From NCBI GenBank assembly GCA_019057815.1, contig JAHLWR010000009.1, positions 76,403-140,402 of the forward strand: DNA of 64,000 nt, written 5' to 3'. The first letter of the stretch is position 1; the number at the start of each line of letters is the position of its first letter. Both the position numbers and the translations under genes were made by a program. Below, piece after piece: positions 9,009 to 19,213 of the stretch. Under the pieces are notes generated by a model. It had not been told where the DNA came from. It made no database searches and worked only from the letters and a program-made list of their open reading frames with translations. Source of the DNA: Candidatus Heimdallarchaeota archaeon. Its GTDB lineage: Archaea; Asgardarchaeota; Heimdallarchaeia; Heimdallarchaeales; Heimdallarchaeaceae.

Positions 9009-12000
9009 TCAAGTCTTTCTTTTTATTCTTCTTCTTTTTATCTGCTCTATATTAGCGTGAATTAATCTTTTCATATTTGGAGTAATTGCTGAGATATCTG
9101 AATCAAATACAATAAAAGGGGTTTTATTTTTCATGTAAATTGGTTTGAGTATAGCTTGTGAAATCTTATAAGGTAAACAATTAATTGGTCCTGTCAATAT
9201 TAAAGAATCGTAATTAGATTCTTCTAGAATTTCCATACCCTTTCCAATTGTTGGAATAGCTTCACCGAATATTAGAAGGCTGATTAAGGGTTTTGAATGT
9301 TTAATTATTAATTTTAAGCTATTACGGTCTTCAAGCAATAATCCAGTTTTTTTATACTTCTTTCTTTGTTTCTTTTCAGCTATATACATTATAACAGGTC
9401 CAATCTTACTAATAAAAAACAATTGAGCGTTTCTGGTCCAGAATGTAGATAAAGCTTTAAGAGCTGTTGAAAATTTATATGGATCTCTTTTCCAATTATG
9501 AGCAGCTACATGAGCAAGATGGAAACTACTGTATAAAGTAAGCTCAAACATATCTGACGATTTAACTATAATACCATGCTTGGTATAAATTTCTCTTAGT
9601 TCTCGCAGAAAGAAAGGACTAAAACGAACAAAGAAATCACCACTTATAAGCACTTTTGGATGCGTTTCTGGAGAACCTTTACGCGGTATTGTTGCTATGC
9701 GTTCGATGAGTTTTTCAACATTTTTGTCATAATCCTTCAGAACTTTTGTGGTAACTAAGAACTCAGACCAGTACTTATGTAAAAGGTTTAGACTCTCTTT
9801 CTCACCAACTACATGTAATGAGCTTTCTATCTCACTCATAATGTCAGCTAGTAAAACAATCTTGGGATTATAACGAGCTATCTTTAAGAGACCTACACCC
9901 AAGAAATTTGTCAATTGATCAAATCTAAAAATGAAGAGATTTTCTATTTTGTTATCTTCAATAAATTGCTCCAAATAATGAATATAGCTGAATACAGCAC
10001 ATGGGGAACCTCCTGACATCATGTAAAATCCGAGTACATCTTCTGGATTTTTTCTGTTTTCCACTATTGTAAGAATGTTTCCGAGAACTATGGGTAAAGG
10101 TAAGCATTCTTTTCCTGAACAGTATCTTAGACCTTTAATTGGATATTCCAATTTGATATCTGTAGCGTTTCCTACATTGAAACCGTATAGTTCGAATCCT
10201 TTGGTGAATGCAGCTGTATGATACTTAGAAAAACCTGGCATGAAGAGTTTAACTCGTGAATCTCGAATATCAAGCCTCGTACCATCAGAAGTGATAACTT
10301 CTATTTTTCCATTTGTTTTTTCAACTCTAGAGATTTGGAATGGTTTTGTTTCTTTTTTTTCAGTTAATTTTTGAAAATTATCGATTATTTCTAGAAAGGC
10401 TTCAAGACGTGTTTGAGTACCAGCATCAGCTGTATGAGAATCAAGCTCTAGAAGTAAGAAAGGTTTAGAACTCATCTCACTTTTGACGTAATTTTGGATG
10501 AAAGCGTCAATTGTACAACTAAAGCTGTTAATATATAATAAGAAGAGGTTATCATTATTTTTTGCTAGATCTATTGCAACTTTAGCATAATTAGCAAAAT
10601 ACCAAGGAATATCATCTACTTCATATTTATCAAGAAAATCAAAAGGTATTACTGTAACACCCATACTTGCCAGTTTTTTTGGAATCAATTGTGACGTTTC
10701 TGCTGGAAAAACATTGTAACTTCTACCAACCAATAGAATAGCTATTTCTTTAGATTCTTTTAATCTCTGTAATACCTCTTTTCCCAATTGTAGGAATTTA
10801 TCTTCAACTTCCTTCTGTACCACTACAGCTTTTTCATATGCTTCTTCAACTAAATTCTTTGACTGTTTCAATTCCTTAACAGCCATTTTCACTAATGCTT
10901 CATCGCTCTCATACCCCTTAGAATAATCAAGTACAGGATTTAAGAATCGCGTATCACTAAAAGCTCTAGAAATGATATATGGACTAGCTTGAGTTATTGG
11001 GCAGAAAGTTGAATCAAACCACTTTTCACCTTTCGTTAATTTATGAACGTGAGGTAAGAAAATTGTTGGTATTTCCTTCTTGATTAAATCAAATACAGCT
11101 CCGTGCAATATCTGTACGGGATAGCAAAATGAAGCGTTTGTTAAATTTTCTTTGTTCTCATCTATATCTGATAGAATGACCTCGTAACCTAATTCTTCAA
11201 AAAACGTAGAAAATAAAGGAAATAAACTATGAGTGAGTAAAGCTCTAGGAATACCTATTTTTCCTTTGATTTGTTTTGATCTTGTCTTTCTCTTATCTTT
11301 TCTAGCAAAAATTAGTTCATTTCTTTGGTCAACAAGATTTTCCTTTTCTTTTATTTTCTCGGATCCTTTCCATTGATGTTCATATCTAGAACATCGACCT
11401 CCAAATGGAAACTGACGACCACCTACTTCATATCTTTCAATTTTACAATAGTTTTTACATGATTTGCATATAAAACTCCCAAGATGCTTCAATTCTTCTT
11501 TAACTAGTGATTCAAGACACGTTTTTTTTGGCATTTCTTTTATTTCATACTGTGCGTTCTTTGCTTTCGCTATAAGAGCTATACCAAATGCACCAATTAA
11601 TTCTGGGTTAGGTGGTATGATTATTTGTTTTCCTGTCGTTTGGGCAAAAGCATAACCTACAGAGTTATTTTTAGCAACTCCTCCTTGAAAGAAAATTTTC
11701 TTACCTACTGATCTAGAACCTTTCACTTTATTCAAGTAGTTTTCAGCAATTGAGTAAACTAATCCTCCAATTATATTTTCATGACCATATCCTTCTTGCA
11801 ACGCCGTACGAACATCAGTATTGATAAAGGCTGCACAATCAGCTTTGAATCTAACAGGATCATTTGCTTCCATTGCAATTTGAGAGAGATCAGAAATATC
11901 AATGCCTAGATCACCTTTGGAGCTTTCTTCTAGAAAAGAACCTGTTCCTGCAGAGCATGAAGCATTCATCGCATAGTCTACTGGCACACCGTTTTGAAGA

Positions 12001-13208
12001 AACATATATTTTGAGTCTTGACCTCCAATTTCAAATATAGTATCAACATCGGGATCATAATATACAGCTCCTTCTGAATGAGCAGAAATTTCATTAAAAA
12101 CAGCTGAAGTCCCAAGATAAGCACCAACTAGTTGTCTTCCTGAACCTGTTACTCCAACTAAATTGACTTTACAATCACCTACTTGCGAGATAATTTCTTT
12201 AATACATTTTCTTGTTGCTTCAATAGGATTCCCGCTTGTTTTACCATAATAAGATGCAATCACAGCTGTATCAGCTGGGTCTACTAATACTGCTTTAGTA
12301 GTTGTTGAACCAACATCGACACCTAATAAAAATTCTGAATCTTGATTAAAATCTTTCTTGTATTCAGTTGATTCGATTATTGTCACTTGATTACTGAATT
12401 GATGCAAGGAAGGGAACGTGAAAAAACTTTGACTTGTCTTTATTTCTAATTGTTGATGAATGGGAGAATCTTTAACCATAAGAGCTGTTCCATATGCTTC
12501 AAAAACGGAACAAACATCTTTAACCACTACTTCAGCGTCATTAAGCTCTTCTCTAAGTAATTTAACAAAAGCATCATTAAGTGAAACTCCTCCAATCAGA
12601 AGTAAACTTTTAACATCTACCCGAGATTGAAAAATCAACCCCATAACTTTATTCACCATACTAGAAAGAACAGAGGTTAAAATATCTTCAATTGAAGCTT
12701 CGCCTTTATTCAATTTGTGCGTTATATCAGATTTACAATGAACAGAACAACGAGAAGCTAATTCTATTTTTTTACCTTTTTGAGCAAGAGAGATAGCTTC
12801 AGGTAAAGAAATATTTAGTCTTCCGATTTGCTGGATAAAAAACTCTCCACTTCCAGCAGCACATTTATCGTGAGATAAGACGTTAATAATATGTCCATTT
12901 TCATTTAATACATATAAGACAAAGCCTTCTCCGCCTAATGAGAGGACAACATCAAACTTCTCATTTAATGAACTAATACCTCGTTCAACAGCAACTATCT
13001 CAGATAAGTCTCCAAATGAACCACTAACACCAAAATAACACTCTTTTGAGCTTAAATTCTCCTCAATAATTTGATTTAAGACATCAATTGGTTTACCTAA
13101 ATGAGGTCGCTTGAATTTAGTAAAATTACCTTTGGCGTCTACGTAAACGAGATTAACTGAAATTGAACCGATGTTAACTCCTACATAGTAACTATAAATA
13201 TTAGACAC
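9009..13208 (-). CDS. CoA-substrate activase (2x BadF/BcrAD ATPase) fused to 2x DUF2229 reductase/dehydratase domains; PlsA/Ger-like architecture
   Basis: NIGSIS and DVGSTTTK ASKHA motifs; CAAGSG/CSVH and CSAGTG/CAAF cluster ligands; CxxCxNxC; CYP, CP, SFSCTID, ELDSHTADAG and KECLP motifs. Confidence 0.88.
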   Translation of the reverse strand: MSNIYSYYVGVNIGSISVNLVYVDAKGNFTKFKRPHLGKPIDVLNQIIEENLSSKECYFGVSGSFGDLSEIVAVERGISSLNEKFDVVLSLGGEGFVLYVLNENGHIINVLSHDKCAAGSGEFFIQQIGRLNISLPEAISLAQKGKKIELASRCSVHCKSDITHKLNKGEASIEDILTSVLSSMVNKVMGLIFQSRVDVKSLLLIGGVSLNDAFVKLLREELNDAEVVVKDVCSVFEAYGTALMVKDSPIHQQLEIKTSQSFFTFPSLHQFSNQVTIIESTEYKKDFNQDSEFLLGVDVGSTTTKAVLVDPADTAVIASYYGKTSGNPIEATRKCIKEIISQVGDCKVNLVGVTGSGRQLVGAYLGTSAVFNEISAHSEGAVYYDPDVDTIFEIGGQDSKYMFLQNGVPVDYAMNASCSAGTGSFLEESSKGDLGIDISDLSQIAMEANDPVRFKADCAAFINTDVRTALQEGYGHENIIGGLVYSIAENYLNKVKGSRSVGKKIFFQGGVAKNNSVGYAFAQTTGKQIIIPPNPELIGAFGIALIAKAKNAQYEIKEMPKKTCLESLVKEELKHLGSFICKSCKNYCKIERYEVGGRQFPFGGRCSRYEHQWKGSEKIKEKENLVDQRNELIFARKDKRKTRSKQIKGKIGIPRALLTHSLFPLFSTFFEELGYEVILSDIDENKENLTNASFCYPVQILHGAVFDLIKKEIPTIFLPHVHKLTKGEKWFDSTFCPITQASPYIISRAFSDTRFLNPVLDYSKGYESDEALVKMAVKELKQSKNLVEEAYEKAVVVQKEVEDKFLQLGKEVLQRLKESKEIAILLVGRSYNVFPAETSQLIPKKLASMGVTVIPFDFLDKYEVDDIPWYFANYAKVAIDLAKNNDNLFLLYINSFSCTIDAFIQNYVKSEMSSKPFLLLELDSHTADAGTQTRLEAFLEIIDNFQKLTEKKETKPFQISRVEKTNGKIEVITSDGTRLDIRDSRVKLFMPGFSKYHTAAFTKGFELYGFNVGNATDIKLEYPIKGLRYCSGKECLPLPIVLGNILTIVENRKNPEDVLGFYMMSGGSPCAVFSYIHYLEQFIEDNKIENLFIFRFDQLTNFLGVGLLKIARYNPKIVLLADIMSEIESSLHVVGEKESLNLLHKYWSEFLVTTKVLKDYDKNVEKLIERIATIPRKGSPETHPKVLISGDFFVRFSPFFLRELREIYTKHGIIVKSSDMFELTLYSSFHLAHVAAHNWKRDPYKFSTALKALSTFWTRNAQLFFISKIGPVIMYIAEKKQRKKYKKTGLLLEDRNSLKLIIKHSKPLISLLIFGEAIPTIGKGMEILEESNYDSLILTGPINCLPYKISQAILKPIYMKNKTPFIVFDSDISAITPNMKRLIHANIEQIKRRRIKRKT

Positions 13209-13353
13209 CTATAGATTGAATAGATTATTATACAGTTGTATAGTTATATAACAGTATAGGGTATATAAAAACTATTTCTTGTGGATTTAGGAATGAGAAT
13301 ATTCGTTATGTAAGTAAAAAATCATGAGAAATATTAGCTTTTAGTTTCAACAC

Positions 13354-14310
13354 TTAATGATTCTTTTTGATATATGTCCATACAGCTTTTGCAATTTGTA
13401 TATCTTGAACTGCTACACCTGTAAGATCAACAACAGTAATCTCTTCTTCGGAAGTCCTTTGAAAATTTTTATTGACTATTGCTTTTCCTATTTCAACCAA
13501 CTTTTCTTTCTCTATCATTCTATTCTGCATAGCTTTGAAGCTTTCTCCTCTTTCCATACACTGACTTAAACTATCAACAATCACTCTGTTAGCTTTCTTC
13601 AAAATTGCTGAATCTAGCTCTTGCTTTTCTGGAGTATCTGATCCTATAGCAGTTATGTGTGTTCCTTCATTTATCTGTTCTGCTTCTATTAAAGGTGTTT
13701 TAGAGGGTGTACAAGTTACAATTAAATTGCTTGTAGAAGTTATATCTTCTGCATTTAGACTTGTTTCTACCTTAAATCCAAGCTTCTTCATATCTCTCTT
13801 GTAAATATCTAATTCTTCTTGATTAGTTCCCCAAGTAATAATATTTTTACAATCAAGAACTTTCTGAAGATAAATCGGTTGCAATCTCCCATGAGTGCCA
13901 GCTCCAAAAATCCCTATTCTTTTGATTTTTTTAGGAGCAAAATATTTAGCTGCAATAGCTCCAGCTGAGGCAGTTCTAATATTTGTTAGATGTCCTTCAT
14001 CAAGTAGAACACTTAATAATTGACCTGTTTTTTGACTAAAAAGTAGCATTAGTCCATCAAATGCAGGTAATCCCAATTTTGGATTGTCATAGAAACCTGT
14101 AGCAACTTTAATCACGAAAAAATCATCTTTCTTAATGAAACCATATTTAATATGACATTCACCTGGAGGATCATCAAAGACCATTTCTCCCACGGGAGGT
14201 ACAGTAACATTTCCTTGCGAGTAAGCAATAAATCCTTCTTCAATTAATTTAATAGGATCTATCTTTTCTAAAATGCTTTTTATCTCTTCTAAATGAACTA
14301 TTTTCGTCAT
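13354..14310 (-). CDS. Ornithine cyclodeaminase/mu-crystallin family protein
   Basis: LTNIRTASAG, GAGTHG, AIGSD and DLTGVAVQD motifs. Confidence 0.9.
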   Translation of the reverse strand: MTKIVHLEEIKSILEKIDPIKLIEEGFIAYSQGNVTVPPVGEMVFDDPPGECHIKYGFIKKDDFFVIKVATGFYDNPKLGLPAFDGLMLLFSQKTGQLLSVLLDEGHLTNIRTASAGAIAAKYFAPKKIKRIGIFGAGTHGRLQPIYLQKVLDCKNIITWGTNQEELDIYKRDMKKLGFKVETSLNAEDITSTSNLIVTCTPSKTPLIEAEQINEGTHITAIGSDTPEKQELDSAILKKANRVIVDSLSQCMERGESFKAMQNRMIEKEKLVEIGKAIVNKNFQRTSEEEITVVDLTGVAVQDIQIAKAVWTYIKKNH

Positions 14311-14376
14311 TCTACTCCACTAGTCTTGTGATAGTATAGTTTAACTTTCTCTTGAAGTATTAATATCTTCTTCATT

Positions 14377-15204
14377 TTACCTAGGAAATTCTTTTTCTAT
14401 TTCTTTTAAACAAGATTTAAGGACTTTGTATCCTAATATCAATAATTCACGTAGAGTATTAGATACCTTAAAACCTTCAAAAAAGGCTTTCCATCCTGTT
14501 TTATAGTATGAAGTGTAAAGGTTACAGATATAGCTAAAATCCTTTTTTTCCAGTTCTTCACATATTTTTGTTCTATTAAATGTCCAAACGTCTAATGGAG
14601 AATCATTGAATTGTGTTAATAATCTTACTGGAGTTGGAGAAATTCTCCAGCTCATTCTGCGAACAAGCGTCCAAAGATCTAATCCACTTCTATCTATAGC
14701 ACTCATTGGAAGTGTCGATAGATGAGTCTTAAGTTCTAAAATATTATTATTATCTATTGTTCGTATTTCTGAATCAGATTGGATGGGATTCTGTTTAGGT
14801 TTACCAATTAATATTACAACATCCTTTATCCGTGGGTAAACGAAGAACTCTTCATTTTCTAGTTGGTTTAGATTCACAATCTGAGTTCTAGGAACATGCA
14901 AATATTCTCTGTTTTTGGAGCAAAACTGCTCTTCATACTTTCTTGAAATTTCCATTGATTCAAAGAAGGCATCTTCTTGATTAGTAAAAAACGATTCACC
15001 ATCATGTAATTTTACGTGAATATCTAGATCGCCAAGTATTGGAACATAATCAATAATACTATCCCATTCTTTTACTGCTGAACCTTTGCAATAAACATAA
15101 TCTACTTTTTCCTTATAACAATCATTAAAAATCCCCGCCCATATATCTAGACTTGATTTCACGTCTTGCTTCGCTTGGGAAAGAAATTCTGAATAATCCA
15201 CCAT
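14377..15204 (-). CDS. Hypothetical protein with Pol-beta-type nucleotidyltransferase motif
   Basis: YCKGS...GDLDIHV (hGS-x-DxD). ORF open from 15243; ATG 15204 preferred. Confidence 0.6.
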   Translation of the reverse strand: MVDYSEFLSQAKQDVKSSLDIWAGIFNDCYKEKVDYVYCKGSAVKEWDSIIDYVPILGDLDIHVKLHDGESFFTNQEDAFFESMEISRKYEEQFCSKNREYLHVPRTQIVNLNQLENEEFFVYPRIKDVVILIGKPKQNPIQSDSEIRTIDNNNILELKTHLSTLPMSAIDRSGLDLWTLVRRMSWRISPTPVRLLTQFNDSPLDVWTFNRTKICEELEKKDFSYICNLYTSYYKTGWKAFFEGFKVSNTLRELLILGYKVLKSCLKEIEKEFPR

Positions 15205-15297
15205 TATTTGTTCTATCGTAAAGGTCTTTAAAACATATTTCATTTAAGATAGAAGGTCAACAGATAGTTCTATGAGGGATTCCTTTAGTGGATTTCT

Positions 15298-15651
15298 CTA
15301 TTTTTTATATCGCCATATATTTCTTTCCAACATTGTTATTTTTTTTATTATATCAGATTCTTTAGTAGTTTTTAAAAAATTCAATAGGGATTCCCCAGAT
15401 ACTTGATCAGTTGCAGGATGTATATCAATGATTATTATTCCATGATTATCTTTAATTGCAGGCGTTAAGAACTCCTTATCATGAGTTATTAAAATCCATT
15501 TCTTTTCCTTACATAATACAATTAATGTGCCATTATCGATACCAAGAAGATTTTCTGTTCTCACAGACTTAACCAAAAAATCTGCGAGCTTTAACCTCCT
15601 AAATGTCTTCATAGAAACATTCTCGTCAAGAAGATACTCCAGTTTCGACAA
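15298..15651 (-). CDS. DUF5615 PIN-like toxin (VapC45/Mut7-C-like)
   Basis: LLDENV, GIDNG and LITHDKEF motifs; overlaps the DUF433 gene. Confidence 0.85.
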   Translation of the reverse strand: MSKLEYLLDENVSMKTFRRLKLADFLVKSVRTENLLGIDNGTLIVLCKEKKWILITHDKEFLTPAIKDNHGIIIIDIHPATDQVSGESLLNFLKTTKESDIIKKITMLERNIWRYKK

Positions 15652-15868
15652 TTGGTGTTATCTCCTCGTTATTAATTATTGTTCTTGCAAATCTTAAACA
15701 TGATTTTATATCATCAGTTGATAATTGTGGGTATTCATGTAGTATATCTTCAAAGGAGAGGTCATGCTCTAACATTTCAAGAATTAGATACACAAGAATT
15801 CTTGTACCTTTGATACAAGGTTTTCCATGACATATATCTGGATGGATAGAGATTCGTGGTTCACTCAT
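15626..15868 (-). CDS. DUF433 antitoxin
   Basis: PDICHGKPCIKGTRI...YPQLSTDDI signature. Confidence 0.92.
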   Translation of the reverse strand: MSEPRISIHPDICHGKPCIKGTRILVYLILEMLEHDLSFEDILHEYPQLSTDDIKSCLRFARTIINNEEITPIVETGVSS

Positions 15869-16002
15869 ATTTTGTCACTGGTTATATCATAAAATCTATT
15901 TACTACTTCTTAAACTTACCCTAATCTAACTAGCAATAGGCAAAAATCAAGTGATTAGAAAGCAAAGTTGATAATCTGTTTAGAGATATAATAAATAGAA
16001 AA

Positions 16003-16935
16003 ATGAAATATATTTTTGGTCCAGTTCCTTCACGAAGATTAGGACGATCTTTAGGTATTAGTCCCATCCCTCCTAAAACATGTAATTTTTCTTGTGTTTA
16101 TTGTCAATTAGGAAGAACTTCGAACTTTACAAATACAAGAGAAATGTTTTATCCTCCTGAAGAACTATTAGAAGAAGCAAAAGAAGCGTTAAAACAAGAT
16201 AAGGAAATAGACTTTATAACTATTGTAGGCGATGGAGAACCCACACTTTATGCAGGTTTAGGAGAGCTGATAATAGGTATTAAAAAAATAACCTCTATTC
16301 CAATTGCAGTTATTACAAATGGAGCTCTTCTATACAGAAAGGATGTCAGAACAGATCTACTAAAAGCTGATGTGGTTCTACCAACATTAGATGCTCCAAA
16401 TCAACAGTTATTTAAGATTATTAACAGACCTAGAAAGGAATTAGATTTAAACAAAATTATCGAAGGTATGAGGTCATTCAAGGAAGAATATACTAATCAA
16501 TTATGGTTAGAAGTAATGATAGTTAAAGATAAAAACGATAATCCTGAAATATTAACACAAATAAAGAAGATAATAGATAAAATCGGTTTTGACAAAGTAT
16601 TCATCAATGCTCCTATCCGTCCTCCTGCTGAAAAATGGGTAGAGATTCCTTCCTTGGAAAATCTTCAAAACGCAAAGGAGATCTTAGAAGCTGAAGATAT
16701 TTCACATTATGAAGAAGTATTAATTGAAAATGTAGACAAAAAGTCTGATTCGGAACAGAGAATAATAGAAATAACACAAAGGCATCCCTTACGTGAAGAA
16801 CAAGTTTATTCATTGTTTCCAGAACTAAATAAAAAAGAAATAGATAGGATTCTTAACAAAATGGAAGAAAAAGGAATAATCTACTCAGTTGTGTATAATG
16901 AAAAAATATTCTGGAAGATTTCAAAAAACCGATAA
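16003..16935 (+). CDS. Radical SAM protein (COG0731-like)
   Basis: FGPVPSRRLGRSLG, CNFSCVYC and GEPTL motifs. Confidence 0.9.
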   Translation: MKYIFGPVPSRRLGRSLGISPIPPKTCNFSCVYCQLGRTSNFTNTREMFYPPEELLEEAKEALKQDKEIDFITIVGDGEPTLYAGLGELIIGIKKITSIPIAVITNGALLYRKDVRTDLLKADVVLPTLDAPNQQLFKIINRPRKELDLNKIIEGMRSFKEEYTNQLWLEVMIVKDKNDNPEILTQIKKIIDKIGFDKVFINAPIRPPAEKWVEIPSLENLQNAKEILEAEDISHYEEVLIENVDKKSDSEQRIIEITQRHPLREEQVYSLFPELNKKEIDRILNKMEEKGIIYSVVYNEKIFWKISKNR

Positions 16936-16969
16936 AATATTTATAACTCTCATAAAGTGGTGAAACAGC

Positions 16970-17818
16970 TTGAAAAGTGATATAAGATGTATACAATGTA
17001 TAAATAGAGCTGCAAAAAGAGCTTTAACGTTTCAATCTTTACCTATTGAAAAAATAGAAGACACAATGAAGCTTATTCAACAATACCTTGAGAATGTTGA
17101 TAAGAATCTCACGCCAATGCATATTAGTTTCGGTGTATTTGAGATAATTCGTAAAGAAACAGGTATCCATGATGTACTAAAAGAAAAAAAGGATGAAGCG
17201 AATAAAAGTGCTTTACTTCTAAATGATTATGTTGCGAAAATTATCAAAGAAAGCAATGATTCATTGTATGTTTCAATCAAAGTTGCAATTGCTGGTAACA
17301 TCAGTGACTATGGAATAAGTGAAAATTATAATCTATCTAAAACTGTGAATGAGGTTTTACAAAAAGAACCTGTAATAAATGATTATCATTTTTTGAAACA
17401 AAAGCTCTCCAAATCAAAAAAAATAACTATATTAGCAGACAATGCAGGAGAGATAATTTTTGATCTGCTTATGATAAAGGAAATTAACAGATTGTACCAA
17501 ATCAACAGAATAGATCTAATTGTAAAAAAATATCCCTTCTCAAATGATATTTGTAAAGATGATATCAATAATATTAATTTTGAAGGAATAGATAATTTAA
17601 CAGTTTTAGCTATCGATAACAGATTAAATGTTGATTACATTCAAGAAGTAAAAAGTACAATCAAAGGCAGTAATATTATCATTTGCAAAGGACAAGGTAA
17701 TTTCGAGCTTCTTTATGATGAAAATTTGAAGCTCTTTTTCTTATTTATTGTTAAGTGTAAAACTGTTTCTAATATTCTTTCGGTTGAGAAAGGTGAAATT
17801 ATCTTATCATATAAATAG
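16970..17818 (+). CDS. DUF89/ARMT1-like damage-control phosphatase
   Basis: N-terminal CxxC, AGNISDYG, DNAGE, ND, KGQGNFE and VKC motifs. Confidence 0.88.
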   Translation: MKSDIRCIQCINRAAKRALTFQSLPIEKIEDTMKLIQQYLENVDKNLTPMHISFGVFEIIRKETGIHDVLKEKKDEANKSALLLNDYVAKIIKESNDSLYVSIKVAIAGNISDYGISENYNLSKTVNEVLQKEPVINDYHFLKQKLSKSKKITILADNAGEIIFDLLMIKEINRLYQINRIDLIVKKYPFSNDICKDDINNINFEGIDNLTVLAIDNRLNVDYIQEVKSTIKGSNIIICKGQGNFELLYDENLKLFFLFIVKCKTVSNILSVEKGEIILSYK

Positions 17819-17888
17819 GAATTTTCATTAATAAAAACAGCTTTTTAAATGTTTAAGAAAATAGAAGGATAGAAGATTTTGGAATGAG

Positions 17889-19205
17889 ATGGCCATGAGT
17901 TTCGAACGTGATAAAGGTGATGACTTTTTTACGAAATTCGATTTCAAAAGAGCTTTTCATTCCTACTTGAAAGCCAGAGTAAAATTTTACTCTCTAGGCA
18001 AAGATGATGAATTGAGAGCAATTAACATCAAAATATCTAGATGTTTAGCTCTACTTGGAAGGAAAGCTGAAGCACTAGACATACTCGAAGAGATTATTGA
18101 GCAGACCAAGGAGCGAGTATTGTTTGAAGAGCATTTTGAAACTCTTCTAGAACTAGCATCAACAAATTTCTCTTACGGTTGTTATGTTGAAGGTTCAAAA
18201 CATCTAAACCAAGTTGAAGAAGAAGTTGTATCAGAATCTAATCCCAAAATATTCTTCCGTTATTGGCAAGCTAAAGCTCAATTAATGGTTGTTTATCATG
18301 ATCTCCCAGAAGCTAGAAAGCTCGTTGATTTTTTGATGGAAAAAGCAAAAAAAATGGGTAATGATCCTTATTATTACGAACTTCAAGTTCTTCAAGCGCA
18401 AATTGATGCTGAAGAAGGTGATGTACTAACAGCTTACACAAATATTGAGGAGGCTTACAAATTTTTCCTATCCACTCCTTTTGAAAGAGCAGCATTTGAA
18501 AAAAAGATTATACTCTCACAATTTGTAGAAGAACCTGATGAAACCATTAGATTAATCGACGAGTATCTTGAAAGATATTCACCTGATGATATTCATCCTA
18601 TACTCTTTTCAGCTCAAAGGATTGAATTAGAATTACGTTCAGATAAGATTACACCAAAGATGGCTACAGAAAAAGCTGAAAGAGCTCTTTATTCTGCACT
18701 TAGTATAGAACATCTTGATCTTTCTGCTAAAATCCAGAGATTACTTGCAGGATTGTATCAAACAATCGGAAAAAACAAAGAAGCTTTCAACTCTTTTGAG
18801 AAAGCTCAGAATTACTTCATTTCTCAGAATATGGAGTACGAAGAAGCAGTAACTTTTTTTGTTTTTCTACCAGCTTTTCTCCATTATTTCTCTACAAGAG
18901 CCTTTGGAGGAAGTTTTCATTTTTATGGTGCTGTCAAATTACCTGAAGCCATAGAAGGTCTAGACATATTCAAAGAAATGCTGAGGATAGAAAAATTGTT
19001 TGAGAAATACAACGATCCAGTTAGAGCAAAGATGACTAAATTCTTTTCGATTTCTCACAAAATATCTCAACAAATAATAGAAAAAGATATAGAAAAATCA
19101 ATCAATGAAATGGAAGAGCTTTATCAATGGATGCTAGATAGAGGAGAGTTGCACTATTCTGAAATGATAGGAAAATACCTAGAACTAATCAGTCTACATA
19201 AATAG
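17889..19205 (+). CDS. Alpha-helical TPR-like repeat protein
   Basis: Repeated helical pairs such as LAGLYQTIGKNKEAFNSFEKA. Confidence 0.65.
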   Translation: MAMSFERDKGDDFFTKFDFKRAFHSYLKARVKFYSLGKDDELRAINIKISRCLALLGRKAEALDILEEIIEQTKERVLFEEHFETLLELASTNFSYGCYVEGSKHLNQVEEEVVSESNPKIFFRYWQAKAQLMVVYHDLPEARKLVDFLMEKAKKMGNDPYYYELQVLQAQIDAEEGDVLTAYTNIEEAYKFFLSTPFERAAFEKKIILSQFVEEPDETIRLIDEYLERYSPDDIHPILFSAQRIELELRSDKITPKMATEKAERALYSALSIEHLDLSAKIQRLLAGLYQTIGKNKEAFNSFEKAQNYFISQNMEYEEAVTFFVFLPAFLHYFSTRAFGGSFHFYGAVKLPEAIEGLDIFKEMLRIEKLFEKYNDPVRAKMTKFFSISHKISQQIIEKDIEKSINEMEELYQWMLDRGELHYSEMIGKYLELISLHK

Positions 19206-19213
19206 GTCTTGCT

